Positions 1 to 9,970 are shown, counted from the stretch's first letter. The stretch is DNA of 64,000 nucleotides from Candidatus Latescibacterota bacterium (GCA_965217865.1 CBDCJO010000001.1:552972-616971), one strand, 5' to 3'. The notes: a model not told the origin generated them from the letters alone. Numbers and translations are program-made.

Positions 1-1499
1 ATGTGACAGTCCTGGCAGATTCGCTTGTTCGATGGAAGATAGAAGGTTCGCGAAGCGTTGCGCGCCACTCCGCTGTCGTGCCAGTTGTCGAACTCATCCT
101 GCCCTCGCACCCAGCGGTAGCCGTTCAGTCTGACATCTAGGCTTACTTTGTGGCAGGTTGCGCAGAACTCAGGGGACCGGAAGAACGGCTTGAGCATCTG
201 GCCCTTGTGGACAGTGGGTTTTGCTTTGAGGGCTGCGTCATGGATTGCCTGACCCAGGGTGTTCTTCGAATCCGCGAAGAGATAGGGATCCTCCTGTTCA
301 TCCGCGATATTGTAACCCCCGTTTCCTGTCCGGTTGTGGATCTTATCGATGGCGTGACAACCCAGGCAGGTGAGACCGGCCTGAGCCTGTGCGCTTCGTC
401 GGTCGATCGGTTCGGTCATCTTTCCGGCCAGCATCAACGCCGGGTCGTGACAGCCGGAACACCACTTGGACTTCACAGAGGCCTCCCGTCCTTTGAGTTC
501 CTCGTAGTGGACGAGGTGGGCTTGAACTTCCGGATTGGAAGATCTCGAATTTTCACGCATGTCGTTGATCGTGGCCTCATAAAACGGATTGTTGAACGAA
601 GCGAAGCGGTGGGCGGACCGGGACCACTGTTCCACGATGTCGGCGTGGCAGCGCGCGCAGGTCGCTGCGCCAATCTCTTCATTCACCACAAAGCCATATC
701 GATCTAAGTCCGGGGAGAGCCGATCCGGCCGCGAGATGTCCCCTCGTGTGATGATCCGCGACGGCAGGAAGTCTCCCGTGGTCGTGGTCGCGGCTGACGG
801 AAAGAACGGGCTGTCGGTCGGCACATAGTTTGCAGGGAGAAACCCGTCCCGAACGTAGGCGGTAAGGTCCCGGGCCCGGGCCCCGGGGCCCCTGTCTTTC
901 CCCGCGGAAGCCGCAATCCGCGCTTCTTCGGTCAGGACCATCCCTCGGGGACTCATGCCGTGGCCGATGATCGCCAGGAAGGCAACTGCCAGGACAGCGG
1001 CGATCCCGTTCCGGATCGTGGTGCGTGACGGTGCTGAGATCGATACCAGGCGGTGGTAGAGATAAACGGAAGGGACCAGACCCGCACAGACCACGTGAAC
1101 CCAGAATGCCCACCGATTGTCACGGCTGTTGGCCGCGGTGAGGATAAACAGGCCGGTGACTGCAAGGACAAGGCCGCCGATGACCAGGGTTACCCCGGAG
1201 TTAATCGAGGTTGGGTGCCGCCTTCTCCACACACCCGGCAGATGCCAGATGAGAAACACGACCGCGACCAGGACCATGGCCAGTCCCGCCCCGGTGTGCA
1301 GGAGAACCATCCCCTGAAAGAGCCTGGGGAGAGCCAGTTCCGTGAGGGCGAAATATCCGATGCCCGCCGCTCCGGCGACGCGATTCGCCAGGAGATAGAG
1401 CGTGTTTCCGAAGACGAAGACCCCAAGGGCAACGAGCAAAAGGAGGAGTCGTCGCTTTCCCCCTTTCAAACCGAATTGTTCATCTCGATCGTTCGGCAC
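1..1499 (-). CDS. membrane-anchored multihaem c-type cytochrome; 3' end runs off the left window edge
   Basis: Absent from the ORF track because it has no stop in the window. Manual translation of the minus frame (codon low coordinate = 0 mod 3) found no stop in the stretches checked codon by codon (about 661-1562) or at the motif sites below that; the rest down to base 1 was not checked codon by codon. Upstream stop at 1563-1565. Five CxxCH motifs: CARCH 645-659, CSGCH 447-461, CLGCH 354-368, CATCH 150-164, CQDCH 3-17. Region 956-1499 is strongly hydrophobic (several TM-like stretches). Start uncertain (GTG ~1499 or ATG 954-956). Confidence 0.7.
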   Translation of the reverse strand, partial: MPNDRDEQFGLKGGKRRLLLLLVALGVFVFGNTLYLLANRVAGAAGIGYFALTELALPRLFQGMVLLHTGAGLAMVLVAVVFLIWHLPGVWRRRHPTSINSGVTLVIGGLVLAVTGLFILTAANSRDNRWAFWVHVVCAGLVPSVYLYHRLVSISAPSRTTIRNGIAAVLAVAFLAIIGHGMSPRGMVLTEEARIAASAGKDRGPGARARDLTAYVRDGFLPANYVPTDSPFFPSAATTTTGDFLPSRIITRGDISRPDRLSPDLDRYGFVVNEEIGAATCARCHADIVEQWSRSAHRFASFNNPFYEATINDMRENSRSSNPEVQAHLVHYEELKGREASVKSKWCSGCHDPALMLAGKMTEPIDRRSAQAQAGLTCLGCHAIDKIHNRTGNGGYNIADEQEDPYLFADSKNTLGQAIHDAALKAKPTVHKGQMLKPFFRSPEFCATCHKVSLDVRLNGYRWVRGQDEFDNWHDSGVARNASRTFYLPSNKRICQDCH

Positions 1500-1725
1500 T
1501 GCAGGCTCTCCGATACCCGATGATTGGCGATACGAGGTTTTGTGATATGACCCAAAAATAAACTACCAGAATCATATTGACCTGTCAAGCTTCCCCCGAT
1601 CGGATATAAACGGTCCCCCGTGAATAATCGCTCCTCAACGGAAAGCGTTACCTATGATTCCCCTTGTCCTGTAACTGAGCGTTTATATATTTCAACGACA
1701 ACATTTCAACGGCAACCGAGGCAAT

Positions 1726-2336
1726 AGTAAACCACCCCGCCCAAAGGGCGGGGCATTAACCACTCCCATCCCCAAACAGATCCAACTGTAGGGGCCCTTT
1801 CTGCTCTTGACGATGATACCGAATATATTGCTCAATCACTTCAGAAGTCACCTTGTCGCCTACGGTGCGGGCAAAATAACCATCTTCCCAGAATTCTCCA
1901 CCCCATAACTCCCGTTTCACCTCTGGATGTTCTCGGAAGACCCCGCTGCCCGAAATACTCTTCAAAATGCCCACTACCTTAGAAATCGAATACCGGGGAG
2001 GAAACGACAAGAAAATATGCACATGATCTTCGGCCACTTCCATCTCTTGGATGTCAAAACCAAAATCCTCTGCTATCCGATGAAACAGCTTGCCCACATA
2101 CTCTCGAAGGTCACCTCGCAAAATCCATTTCCGATACTTCGGTGCCCATACCAGATGATACTGGCTATCATAGACTGCGTGACTGGTCCGTCGGAGTCCC
2201 ATCGTATGCCTCCTGAGTCGATATGAGTCTCAGTGGTCTGCACACGATAAGACAGCCTTTTAGCTTGCCTTCGGCAAGCTAAACTTTTCCTCCCCTTCCA
2301 AAGGAAGGGGTATCCAAGTCCAAATACTTTCATGAA
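1726..2336 (-). mobile_element. IS200/IS605-family insertion sequence, full copy (~611 bp)
   Basis: Contains the tnpA ORF. Subterminal hairpins: CCCCGCCC-aaa-GGGCGGGG (1735-1753), AGCTTGCC-ttcg-GGCAAGCT and CCCCTTCC-aaa-GGAAGGGG (2260-2310). Ends defined by alignment with the second, deleted copy at 24434-24756. Confidence 0.85.
1756..2202 (-). CDS. tnpA: IS200/IS605 family Y1 (HUH) transposase TnpA
   Basis: 148 aa. Has YHLVWAPKYRK, the HUH motif in DHVHIFL, and a C-terminal Tyr region (EQYIRYH) typical of IS200 TnpA. Confidence 0.9.
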   Translation of the reverse strand: MGLRRTSHAVYDSQYHLVWAPKYRKWILRGDLREYVGKLFHRIAEDFGFDIQEMEVAEDHVHIFLSFPPRYSISKVVGILKSISGSGVFREHPEVKRELWGGEFWEDGYFARTVGDKVTSEVIEQYIRYHRQEQKGPLQLDLFGDGSG

Positions 2337-3951
2337 AGAACCGATAAAAAATCAATCATGGATTCTTCTTCTGGCTCTCTTCATCTGCGCAGACCAGGGC
2401 AATTCCGATGATCCAATGCCCGATGATCCATCCCGGGCCATCCTTTTTTTCGGGAACAGCCTCACCGCGGGTTACGGCCTCGATAAAAAGGCGGCTTTCC
2501 CCGCCCTGATCCAGGAAAAAATAGACCGTATGAGCTGGCCTTATATTGTTGTGAATGCGGGACTGAGCGGGGAAACATCCGCGGGGGGCCTCCGGCGAAT
2601 CGATTGGATGCTCAAAAAACAGTTCGAACTTATTGTGATCGAACTCGGGGGAAACGACGGCCTCCGGGGCGTCCCGCTGGAGGAGACCCGAAAAAACCTC
2701 AACGCCATCGTTGACCGAATTATCGAACGGGGCCCGCAGGTAAAAATCGTCATCGCAGGGATGCAACTCCCCCCCAACCTGGGTTCCGATTATACAGGTG
2801 CATTCAAGTCCATATATCCGAACCTTGCGAAAAAATACAATACGCCTTTAATCCCCTTCCTGTTAAAAGGAGTTGGGGGGGACCCGAATCTCAACCTGCC
2901 TGACGGGATCCATCCCAACGCCAAAGGGCACAAAATCGTCGCGGAGACCGTATGGGCGACCCTCAAACCGATTTTGCAATCGATTCAAGAGGCACAAGCC
3001 GAGCCCCCGCCGGAAGGAATAAAGGCTGCGGTCGAACGCGTGGCCTTTGGTTCCTGCCTCCGCCAGGACAGGCCGCAGCCTGTCTGGAAGTCGGTCCTGG
3101 AAACCGCCCCTGATGTTTTTGTCTTCCTCGGGGATAATATCTATGCCAACACGACGGACCCGGAGGTGATGCGACGAAAATATGGGTTGTTGAACGGACA
3201 AGCGGGATTCAGGACCCTCAGGAATCGCTGTCGAATTCTCGCCACCTGGGACGATAACGATTACGGATCGAACGACGGCGGTGCAAACTATCCGATGAGA
3301 GGCCTTTCGCAACGGATATTCCTGGATTTCTGGAGATGGTCCGAGGGATGGTCACATCCGGGCGTCTATCAGTCCAGGATCCTCGGTCCGCCGGGTCAGG
3401 AAGTGCAGTTCATCCTTCTTGACACACGATATTTCAGGTCAAACCTAGTAGGGGAATCCGGCCTATATCGTCCCAACGCCGAACCAGATGCGACCGTCCT
3501 TGGCGACCTTCAGTGGAAATGGCTCGAAGAGGAATTGCGCAAACCCGCCGAAGTACGGATAATCGCCTCGAGTATTCAGGTCATACCCACAGAGCACAGA
3601 TGGGAAAAATGGGCCAATTTTCCCAGAGAACGGGAAAGGCTTTTCGGGCTTATCGCATCAACGGGAGCCAACGGAGTCGTCTTTTTAAGCGGGGACAGGC
3701 ACCTTGCGGAAATCTCCCGGCTGACGACGGGTGTTCCTTACACACTGTATGAAGTGACTTCAAGCCCGTTGAACCAGAAAGGAGGGGGAAGCAGCGCGGA
3801 GCCGAACCGCTTCAGGATAAGCCAGAGCAATTATCGAGAGGGGAATTTCGGCTTGATCACCATCGACTGGGATCGTCGGGTTCTCAAGTTGGCCATCCTT
3901 AATGAAGGTGGAGCGGAAGTGTTTTCGCAGCGTGTGCCCCTGATACATTGA
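2332..3951 (+). CDS. fusion protein: SGNH/GDSL hydrolase (TesA-like) + PhoD-like metallophosphatase
   Basis: 539 aa. Signal/lipobox-like N-terminus (LLLALFICA). SGNH blocks FFGNSLTAGYG, ELGGNDG, DGIHPN in aa ~35-215. Metallophosphatase/PhoD-like motifs GDNIYAN, WDDNDYG, LSGDRH in aa ~235-539. The ATG lies inside the IS200 terminal sequence. Confidence 0.8.
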   Translation: MKEPIKNQSWILLLALFICADQGNSDDPMPDDPSRAILFFGNSLTAGYGLDKKAAFPALIQEKIDRMSWPYIVVNAGLSGETSAGGLRRIDWMLKKQFELIVIELGGNDGLRGVPLEETRKNLNAIVDRIIERGPQVKIVIAGMQLPPNLGSDYTGAFKSIYPNLAKKYNTPLIPFLLKGVGGDPNLNLPDGIHPNAKGHKIVAETVWATLKPILQSIQEAQAEPPPEGIKAAVERVAFGSCLRQDRPQPVWKSVLETAPDVFVFLGDNIYANTTDPEVMRRKYGLLNGQAGFRTLRNRCRILATWDDNDYGSNDGGANYPMRGLSQRIFLDFWRWSEGWSHPGVYQSRILGPPGQEVQFILLDTRYFRSNLVGESGLYRPNAEPDATVLGDLQWKWLEEELRKPAEVRIIASSIQVIPTEHRWEKWANFPRERERLFGLIASTGANGVVFLSGDRHLAEISRLTTGVPYTLYEVTSSPLNQKGGGSSAEPNRFRISQSNYREGNFGLITIDWDRRVLKLAILNEGGAEVFSQRVPLIH

Positions 3952-4046
3952 ATATTGAAGATCGGAGAATTGAATATTTTAAAAACTCAGGACTTTCATG
4001 TGCCCTTTTGAATCTCGCATTTCAATATTCTTCAATCTTCAATTTC
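3948..4046. repeat. AT-rich imperfect inverted-repeat element (TTGAATATTGAA family), copy 1
   Basis: TTGAATATTGAAGATCGGAGAATTGAATATT ... TTCAATATTCTTCAATCTTCAATTT sits between convergent genes. A similar ~105-bp element lies at 57979-58084. Confidence 0.5.
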
Positions 4047-4055
4047 CCCTGACCC

Positions 4056-6605
4056 TCATTCTACATTCCTCAGAACCTCCAGGGGCGGACGACTTATCAC
4101 CCCATGGATATTGAGCATCCCGAGCAGGATCGTCAACCCGATCACAAGCGTAAAAATCAGAGCAAGGGGGACGAACGGGATCGCAAATGCGATATCAAAC
4201 ACAAACCTCGCCAGAATCCATCCCCCCGTAAGAGCCAGTCCCATCCCGGTCAATGTCGCAAGACCACCCAGTAAAAGATACTCGAGCAGTTGAATCTGGA
4301 CGATCTGACGTTGGGAGGCCCCCAGAGTGCGGAGGAGGACCGCTTCGTGAATACGCTGATAGCGGTTCGCGATCACGCACGACGCAAGAATGATGAACCC
4401 CGTAAGCGTGCTGAACAGCGCCATAAACCGAATCACGGATCCCACCCTGGATAGGATCTCGTCCGCCGTCTTCAGAATCAAACCGAGGTCCAGTGAGGAG
4501 ACATTGGAGAATCTCTGAACGAGCCTCCGTTGCAGCTTTGCGGATTCTGCCTGTGAACGCACCCGCGTGGTCAACACCGAAAATTGGGGGGCCGACTCCA
4601 GGACCCCCGCCGGAAATACCACAAAAAAATTGGGCTGCACCCGCTGCCATTCGACGTTCCGGATGCTTCCCAAAGTCGTGACGATCGGGACCCCTTGAAC
4701 GTCAAAGGTCACGGTGTCCCCCAGTGTCACCCCCAGCCTCTGTGCGGTTCTTTCCTCCATCGAGATCGGCACCGGCCCGCCCCCACCGGTCACAGACCCT
4801 GTCCACTCCCCTGCGACGATCTCCTCAGACTCAAAAAGATGATCCCGGTAGGTCGACCGGTATTCCCGCCTTAAAGCCCATCTGGATACCCTCGAAGACT
4901 TTCGCAGTGAATCCGCGCTCTCTCCTTTCACCGAGGCGACCCGCATCGTCACCACCGGGGACCGGTGCAGAATCGGTAGATCGTAAGATCGAACAAGGTC
5001 CACCGTCTCATCAACCTGATCGGTCTGGATATCGAACAGGACCAGGTTAGGCCGGCCTTCACCCCCGGCGAGGGAAATCTGTCGAATCAATGAAAACTGT
5101 GAAATATAGAGTATGGCGATCAAGGAGGTCCCCAATCCCAGGGAAAGCATCATAACCAGGGTCTGGTTGTTCGGCCGGTAGAGGTTTGCCAGGGCTTGCC
5201 GCCACACGTATCTCCACGATCTGGGGAAGAATCGCCTCACGAGCTTCATCAAGAGATAGGCGACCCCCGCAAGCAGCCCAAATGCCCCCCCAAGCCCGGC
5301 GATAAGCCCCAAACCCGCTTTCCAGTGACCCGTCTGAACAGCCCCTAAAAGACCGACAAGGAGAATGATCATCAGAAGAATTCCGATTCGGAGGGGATCT
5401 CTCGCTTTACCGGACCCTTCATAGGCCGTCCGCAAGGCGGCCAGGGGTGAGGTTCTGCGGATCGAAACCAGGGGATGCATGGCAATCATGAGGCTCAACC
5501 CAAGGCCGATCGACAATCCCTGCAAAACGGCTTTCAACGAAGGATTTACGGAAACCTCCACGGAGGGGAAGAACCCGCCCAGAACATTCGGAAGGAGTTG
5601 TTGGACAAAAAGACCCATCAAGCCCCCTCCGAGAGAACCGATCAAACCCATGGACGCCGCCTGGATCAGATAGATCGTAAAGGCCTGACGGTTCCGGGCC
5701 CCAAGGCACTTAAGGACCGAGATCGTCACCAGTTTTCCGCGGATATAAACGTGAATACTTGCCCCAATCCCCACACATCCCAGGAGCAGCGCGACGAACC
5801 CGGTCAGACTCAGGAAATGGTCAAGGTTATCGAGCATACGGCCCCATCTCCTTTTGCGCCGGTCTACGGTTTCGTATCTTAAATCCTGTTCGGCCAGCTG
5901 TGGCTCAATCCTCTTTAAGAGCCCCGTCAGCATCTCATCCTCAACCTTAAACAACACGCGGTAAGTTGCCCGGCTCCCGTGTTGGATGAGATCCGTCCGA
6001 TCGAGGAGGGAGAGCGGGATAAAGACAACCGGGGCGACCATCATGCCGGCCGGTCCCTCGTCCGGGACCCGGTTCAACCGCCCTGCAATCCGGAAGGTCA
6101 GGTCCCCTAAACGCGCGGAGTCCCCCACCGCAACGCCGTACTGGAGCATCAACCCTTCGTCCAGAAGGGTCTCCCCTTTCCCTTGATATCGCTCCGCGGC
6201 TTCCCGAGGTTCTGTCAGGAGCCTTCCGTAATAAGGAAACGCATCCCCCACGGCCCGTACCTGAACCAGGCGCGTCCCCCCGCCTTTGGGGAAATAGATC
6301 ATCGAAACAAACCGAACTTCTCGAGATTGAAGGCCGCCGATCGAATCGATCAGGGCTTCGGTCTTCGGATTAAACGGCCGCGATTGACTCAGGACCAGGT
6401 CCGCTCCGAGAAGGGTCTTGGACTGGGCGTTCACGGCATCCTCAAGGTTCTCCTTAAATGAACGTATCGCAACAAGAGCGGCAACACCCAGAAGGATTGA
6501 CGATACGAAAAGAAGCAGCCGTCCCCGATGGGATCTGCTGTCCCGCCAAGCCATTTTCCAGACCCAAGGGTCAAAAAGAGGAGCCATGGATTTAATCGAA
6601 GTCAT
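4056..6605 (-). CDS. ABC transporter permease, FtsX family (YbbP-like, duplicated 4-TM modules)
   Basis: 849 aa. The N-terminus (WRDSRSHRGRLLLFVSSILLGVAALV) and two FtsX-type TM bundles with large loops fit this family. It lies directly downstream of its ATPase partner. Confidence 0.85.
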   Translation of the reverse strand: MTSIKSMAPLFDPWVWKMAWRDSRSHRGRLLLFVSSILLGVAALVAIRSFKENLEDAVNAQSKTLLGADLVLSQSRPFNPKTEALIDSIGGLQSREVRFVSMIYFPKGGGTRLVQVRAVGDAFPYYGRLLTEPREAAERYQGKGETLLDEGLMLQYGVAVGDSARLGDLTFRIAGRLNRVPDEGPAGMMVAPVVFIPLSLLDRTDLIQHGSRATYRVLFKVEDEMLTGLLKRIEPQLAEQDLRYETVDRRKRRWGRMLDNLDHFLSLTGFVALLLGCVGIGASIHVYIRGKLVTISVLKCLGARNRQAFTIYLIQAASMGLIGSLGGGLMGLFVQQLLPNVLGGFFPSVEVSVNPSLKAVLQGLSIGLGLSLMIAMHPLVSIRRTSPLAALRTAYEGSGKARDPLRIGILLMIILLVGLLGAVQTGHWKAGLGLIAGLGGAFGLLAGVAYLLMKLVRRFFPRSWRYVWRQALANLYRPNNQTLVMMLSLGLGTSLIAILYISQFSLIRQISLAGGEGRPNLVLFDIQTDQVDETVDLVRSYDLPILHRSPVVTMRVASVKGESADSLRKSSRVSRWALRREYRSTYRDHLFESEEIVAGEWTGSVTGGGGPVPISMEERTAQRLGVTLGDTVTFDVQGVPIVTTLGSIRNVEWQRVQPNFFVVFPAGVLESAPQFSVLTTRVRSQAESAKLQRRLVQRFSNVSSLDLGLILKTADEILSRVGSVIRFMALFSTLTGFIILASCVIANRYQRIHEAVLLRTLGASQRQIVQIQLLEYLLLGGLATLTGMGLALTGGWILARFVFDIAFAIPFVPLALIFTLVIGLTILLGMLNIHGVISRPPLEVLRNVE

Positions 6606-6671
6606 TGATCGGCAAACCTGTTTCGGGAGAAGGACGGGAAATTGTGAAGTGGAGGGGTTAAAGGATCGGGC

Positions 6672-7364
6672 TTACCAAGATGCGGGATCCCCATGGCCAT
6701 CGGACAGGACCGCGCCTCCCTTCAGTTTGATAACCCGCTGGCTGCGACCTGCAAGCTCCAGGTTGTGGGTGGCCATGATCAGGGTGGTTCGGGCTTCGCG
6801 GTTCAATTCAAACAACAGATCCACGACCCTCTGACTCGTATCGGCATCCAGATTACCCGTCGGCTCGTCGGCGAACAAGATCTTTGGCCGGTTGACAAAC
6901 GCCCGAGCGATGGCCACCCGCTGCTGTTCTCCCCCGGAGAGTTGGGCGGGATAATGCTCCAGACGCTCCCCGATGCCCACTCGTTCCAGGAGGTTCTCGG
7001 CCACGGCCCTTGAATCGCTCTTCCCGCGAAGCTCCAATGGGACCAGGACATTCTCAAGAGTCGTCAGGGTTGGAATGAGGTTGAAATTCTGAAAAACGAA
7101 GCCTACGTATAGGTTTCGTAATCTTGCCCGCTCATCCTCATTCAGTCGATCCAGACACACCCCTTGAAGGGTCACCGAGCCGGAACTGGGGCGATCGAGC
7201 CCTGCGCACAAACCCAGAAGGGTTGTCTTGCCGCTTCCAGAGGGACCCACAATCGCACAGGATTCGCCTTCAGAGAGTGAAAGGGACACATCCCTCAGGA
7301 CCGTCAGCGCATGGCTCCCGCTGAAATAGGACTTTGTCAATCCGTCAACTTGAAGGGCGTGCAT
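6672..7364 (-). CDS. ABC transporter ATP-binding protein (YbbA/LolD-like)
   Basis: 230 aa. Walker [10 protein letters not shown], signature [14 protein letters not shown], Walker [13 protein letters not shown]. Confidence 0.9.
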   Translation of the reverse strand: MHALQVDGLTKSYFSGSHALTVLRDVSLSLSEGESCAIVGPSGSGKTTLLGLCAGLDRPSSGSVTLQGVCLDRLNEDERARLRNLYVGFVFQNFNLIPTLTTLENVLVPLELRGKSDSRAVAENLLERVGIGERLEHYPAQLSGGEQQRVAIARAFVNRPKILFADEPTGNLDADTSQRVVDLLFELNREARTTLIMATHNLELAGRSQRVIKLKGGAVLSDGHGDPASW

Positions 7365-7409
7365 GGGCTATAGTTTCCAATTAATTGACATCCGATGTTG
7401 GATAACCAC

Positions 7410-8291
7410 CTATCTCCCCAGTTGCGTCAACAACCTGTCCGGATAGTCCGTTAACATTCCATCAACCCCAAGATTCATCATGCGTCGTATATCGTCCAGG
7501 TCATTCATCGTCCACACGTAAACCTTCACCTTATGTCGGTGGGAACTGCGAATAAAGTCCGGCGTGATCACGTGCAGTGGGCCGAGATACTCGGGGACCA
7601 GCATGGCTTCTGCGGGAGGCCGGTAAACAGCGCCCAGGTACAACCGGTTCAGGATGTAAAAGGTCAGTGCTTCAGTGAAACTGGCTGCTGAGGCTGTTTC
7701 TGGGCAGAGGCGCCTGAACTCGCTAATTATCCCTGCATCCCCCGAAGCGACGATCACACCATCCGTCATACCGAAGCGGTGGATCGTCTGGCATAGCGAT
7801 GGGCCGATAGCGGGGTCGGAGGATTTGATCTCAATGTTAACGTGAACTTCCGGGAATGCCGAAAAGACTTCCGCAAGCGTGGGAACCCGAATCCCCCGAC
7901 CTCGGTACGGAAAGCTTCTCCCCCCGTCATCGCTCCATCGGTAGCCCGCATCCAGTTTCTTGAGTTCCGCCAGGGTAAATTCCTCAACCCTTCCTGTTCC
8001 GTCCGTGGTTCGATCCACCGTCCGATCGTGAAGGATGACAAGGGCCCCATCCGCGGTGCTTCGCAAATCCATATCGAGGACATCCACACCCCGATCCAGG
8101 GATCTTTTAAAGGCAAAAAGCGTGTTTTCCGGCCAGGCGCCAAGGCCGCCGCGATGCGCAAAAGTGAGGACCCTCTGGTTGGAGTGAAAAGGATGGGAAG
8201 GAACAGGCTGGACGAGGTTCCCACGAATGCCGAAGACCAGCCCCAATGACACGATAATTCCGGCAGTGACTATAAAAATAAGCTTTCGCAC
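7410..8291 (-). CDS. glycerophosphodiester phosphodiesterase (GDPD/GlpQ-UgpQ family)
   Basis: 293 aa. N-terminal TM/signal segment. GDPD motifs FAHRGG..WPENT and DMDLRSTADGALVILHD. Confidence 0.85.
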   Translation of the reverse strand: MRKLIFIVTAGIIVSLGLVFGIRGNLVQPVPSHPFHSNQRVLTFAHRGGLGAWPENTLFAFKRSLDRGVDVLDMDLRSTADGALVILHDRTVDRTTDGTGRVEEFTLAELKKLDAGYRWSDDGGRSFPYRGRGIRVPTLAEVFSAFPEVHVNIEIKSSDPAIGPSLCQTIHRFGMTDGVIVASGDAGIISEFRRLCPETASAASFTEALTFYILNRLYLGAVYRPPAEAMLVPEYLGPLHVITPDFIRSSHRHKVKVYVWTMNDLDDIRRMMNLGVDGMLTDYPDRLLTQLGR

Positions 8292-8587
8292 AGCACCGAC
8301 ATCGTGAAGATTAAACCCGAGATGATTGGTTCCTCTGGATGTGTGCAGATTTTATCGTCCTATCGCAGACCTCGCTTCGCTCGCGCGAACCCAGCTCGCT
8401 TATCGGGGGGAGGACGGAGGAACCTGTCAAGGGAAGGAAGGCACCTTGTTTCTTCCAGAAGGGAGAAATTTACCCTTGCGAGAGTTAAAAAACCGGGCTA
8501 CATTCTCAACATCCTGGAAACACAGGTGATCCGGTTGATCGGTTCTCATCGCAATAACCTGCTTTGCAAGTTTGCGGAGGTCTGCCA

Positions 8588-8845
8588 TTGAAGGTCGAAG
8601 TCCGCATGTTCGCTTACTTCGACAAATACCTGCCCCCCCATGCCGATGGGCGAAAAGCCACGGTGGAACTCCCCGAATCCGCCAACGTGGAAACCCTCGT
8701 TTCGCATCTCGGAATCGCAGAGGATGAGATGGAGGGGGATTACATGCCCTACGTCGTCATCATCAACGGCGAACACACGGCATGCGATGCCCCCCTGAAT
8801 GACGGCGATCAAGTCAGCCTTTTCCCCCCCTTACCCGGGGGTTGA
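8588..8845 (+). CDS. MoaD/ThiS-family beta-grasp sulfur-carrier-like protein
   Basis: TTG 8588 is preceded by GGAGG (8576-8580). Sequence MKVEVRMFAYF... ends ...PPLPGG, with the C-terminal Gly-Gly typical of MoaD/ThiS. Confidence 0.7.
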   Translation: MKVEVRMFAYFDKYLPPHADGRKATVELPESANVETLVSHLGIAEDEMEGDYMPYVVIINGEHTACDAPLNDGDQVSLFPPLPGG

Positions 8846-8931
8846 ATCCCTTGACACCCGGCCTGCGATCCGATAAATTTTGAATTCCTCAATTCGCAGC
8901 TCGCATGAACCTGTTGGAAAAGGAGCGCACC

Positions 8932-9846
8932 ATGCAAGACTCGATTTATCGACACGCAAAGGTGGGACTCGTTCATTTCATGGCCTATAAACAGACCATG
9001 GGCGGTGAGGGTCCTATCATAGAGACCCTCTCGGGATTGGCGACAGACCCTTATTTCGAAGTCGTCGAGATAACCACGATCGCGGACGAAGCCGTCCGCA
9101 CGCAAGCGAGGGATCTGCTTGAATCAGCCCACGTTGAGGTTGCCTTCGGGGGGCAGCCGATCCTCCTGAGAAATAAGCTCAATCTCAACGACGAAGACGC
9201 CGTGGGCCGAAAAGCCGCTGTAGACGCGATGATTGCCGCACTGGAGGAAGCTGAGTTTATCGGAGCACCCGGAATCGGACTTTTGAGCGGAGTCGATCCC
9301 GGGGAGTCCGGACGGGAAAAGGGTGTAGACCTTCTGGTGGACTCCCTTGGACAGATCTGCGCGGATGCATCGGGCCGAAATATGCGGGTGGTGTTGGAGA
9401 CGTTCGATCGCCTCCCTTACGGAAAGAACTGCCTTGTCGGACCCAATTCGCTGGCCGTAGAGGTATCGGAGCGAGTCCGGGCGGACCATCCGAACTTCGG
9501 TTTGATGCTGGACCTGAGCCACCTCCCGCTGCAGGGGGAGACTCCGAGGGATGCCCTGCCCCTGGCCAAAGACCATCTCGTCCACGCGCACATCGGAAAC
9601 TGCGTAATGCGGAACCCGGACCACCCTGCCTATGGAGACAATCATCCGAGGTTCGGTTGCCGGGACGGCGAAAACGACATCCCTGAACTCGTGGAATTCT
9701 TAAGAATCCTTAAGGACATCGGCTATCTGAATCCTGACGACAGGAAAATCCTGAGCTTCGAAGTGGCCCCCATGGATGGCGAAAGCTCAGAAGTCGTCAT
9801 CGCCAACTCCAAACGGACCTTGAACGCGGCATGGGCCCGGGTGTAG
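8932..9846 (+). CDS. xylose-isomerase-like TIM-barrel protein (sugar phosphate isomerase/epimerase family)
   Basis: ATG 8932 has AAGGAG 6 nt upstream. ~305 aa with general resemblance to AP-endonuclease-2/xylose isomerase-like TIM barrels. Family-level call only. Confidence 0.65.
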   Translation: MQDSIYRHAKVGLVHFMAYKQTMGGEGPIIETLSGLATDPYFEVVEITTIADEAVRTQARDLLESAHVEVAFGGQPILLRNKLNLNDEDAVGRKAAVDAMIAALEEAEFIGAPGIGLLSGVDPGESGREKGVDLLVDSLGQICADASGRNMRVVLETFDRLPYGKNCLVGPNSLAVEVSERVRADHPNFGLMLDLSHLPLQGETPRDALPLAKDHLVHAHIGNCVMRNPDHPAYGDNHPRFGCRDGENDIPELVEFLRILKDIGYLNPDDRKILSFEVAPMDGESSEVVIANSKRTLNAAWARV

Positions 9847-9937
9847 GACAGAATAAGACGGATTGAAAAGTTTGGGATAGGAGAAGGAGGAAAGTGAGGG
9901 GGAAGTAGGGAGGTCGGTGGAACTTGGCATTAGTCGA

Positions 9938-9970
9938 ATCCGGGCACCAGCCGTGCCCGGATTTTTATTT
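9938..9970 (+). terminator. Rho-independent terminator
   Basis: ATCCGGGCAC-cagcc-GTGCCCGGAT followed by TTTTATTT. Confidence 0.65.
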
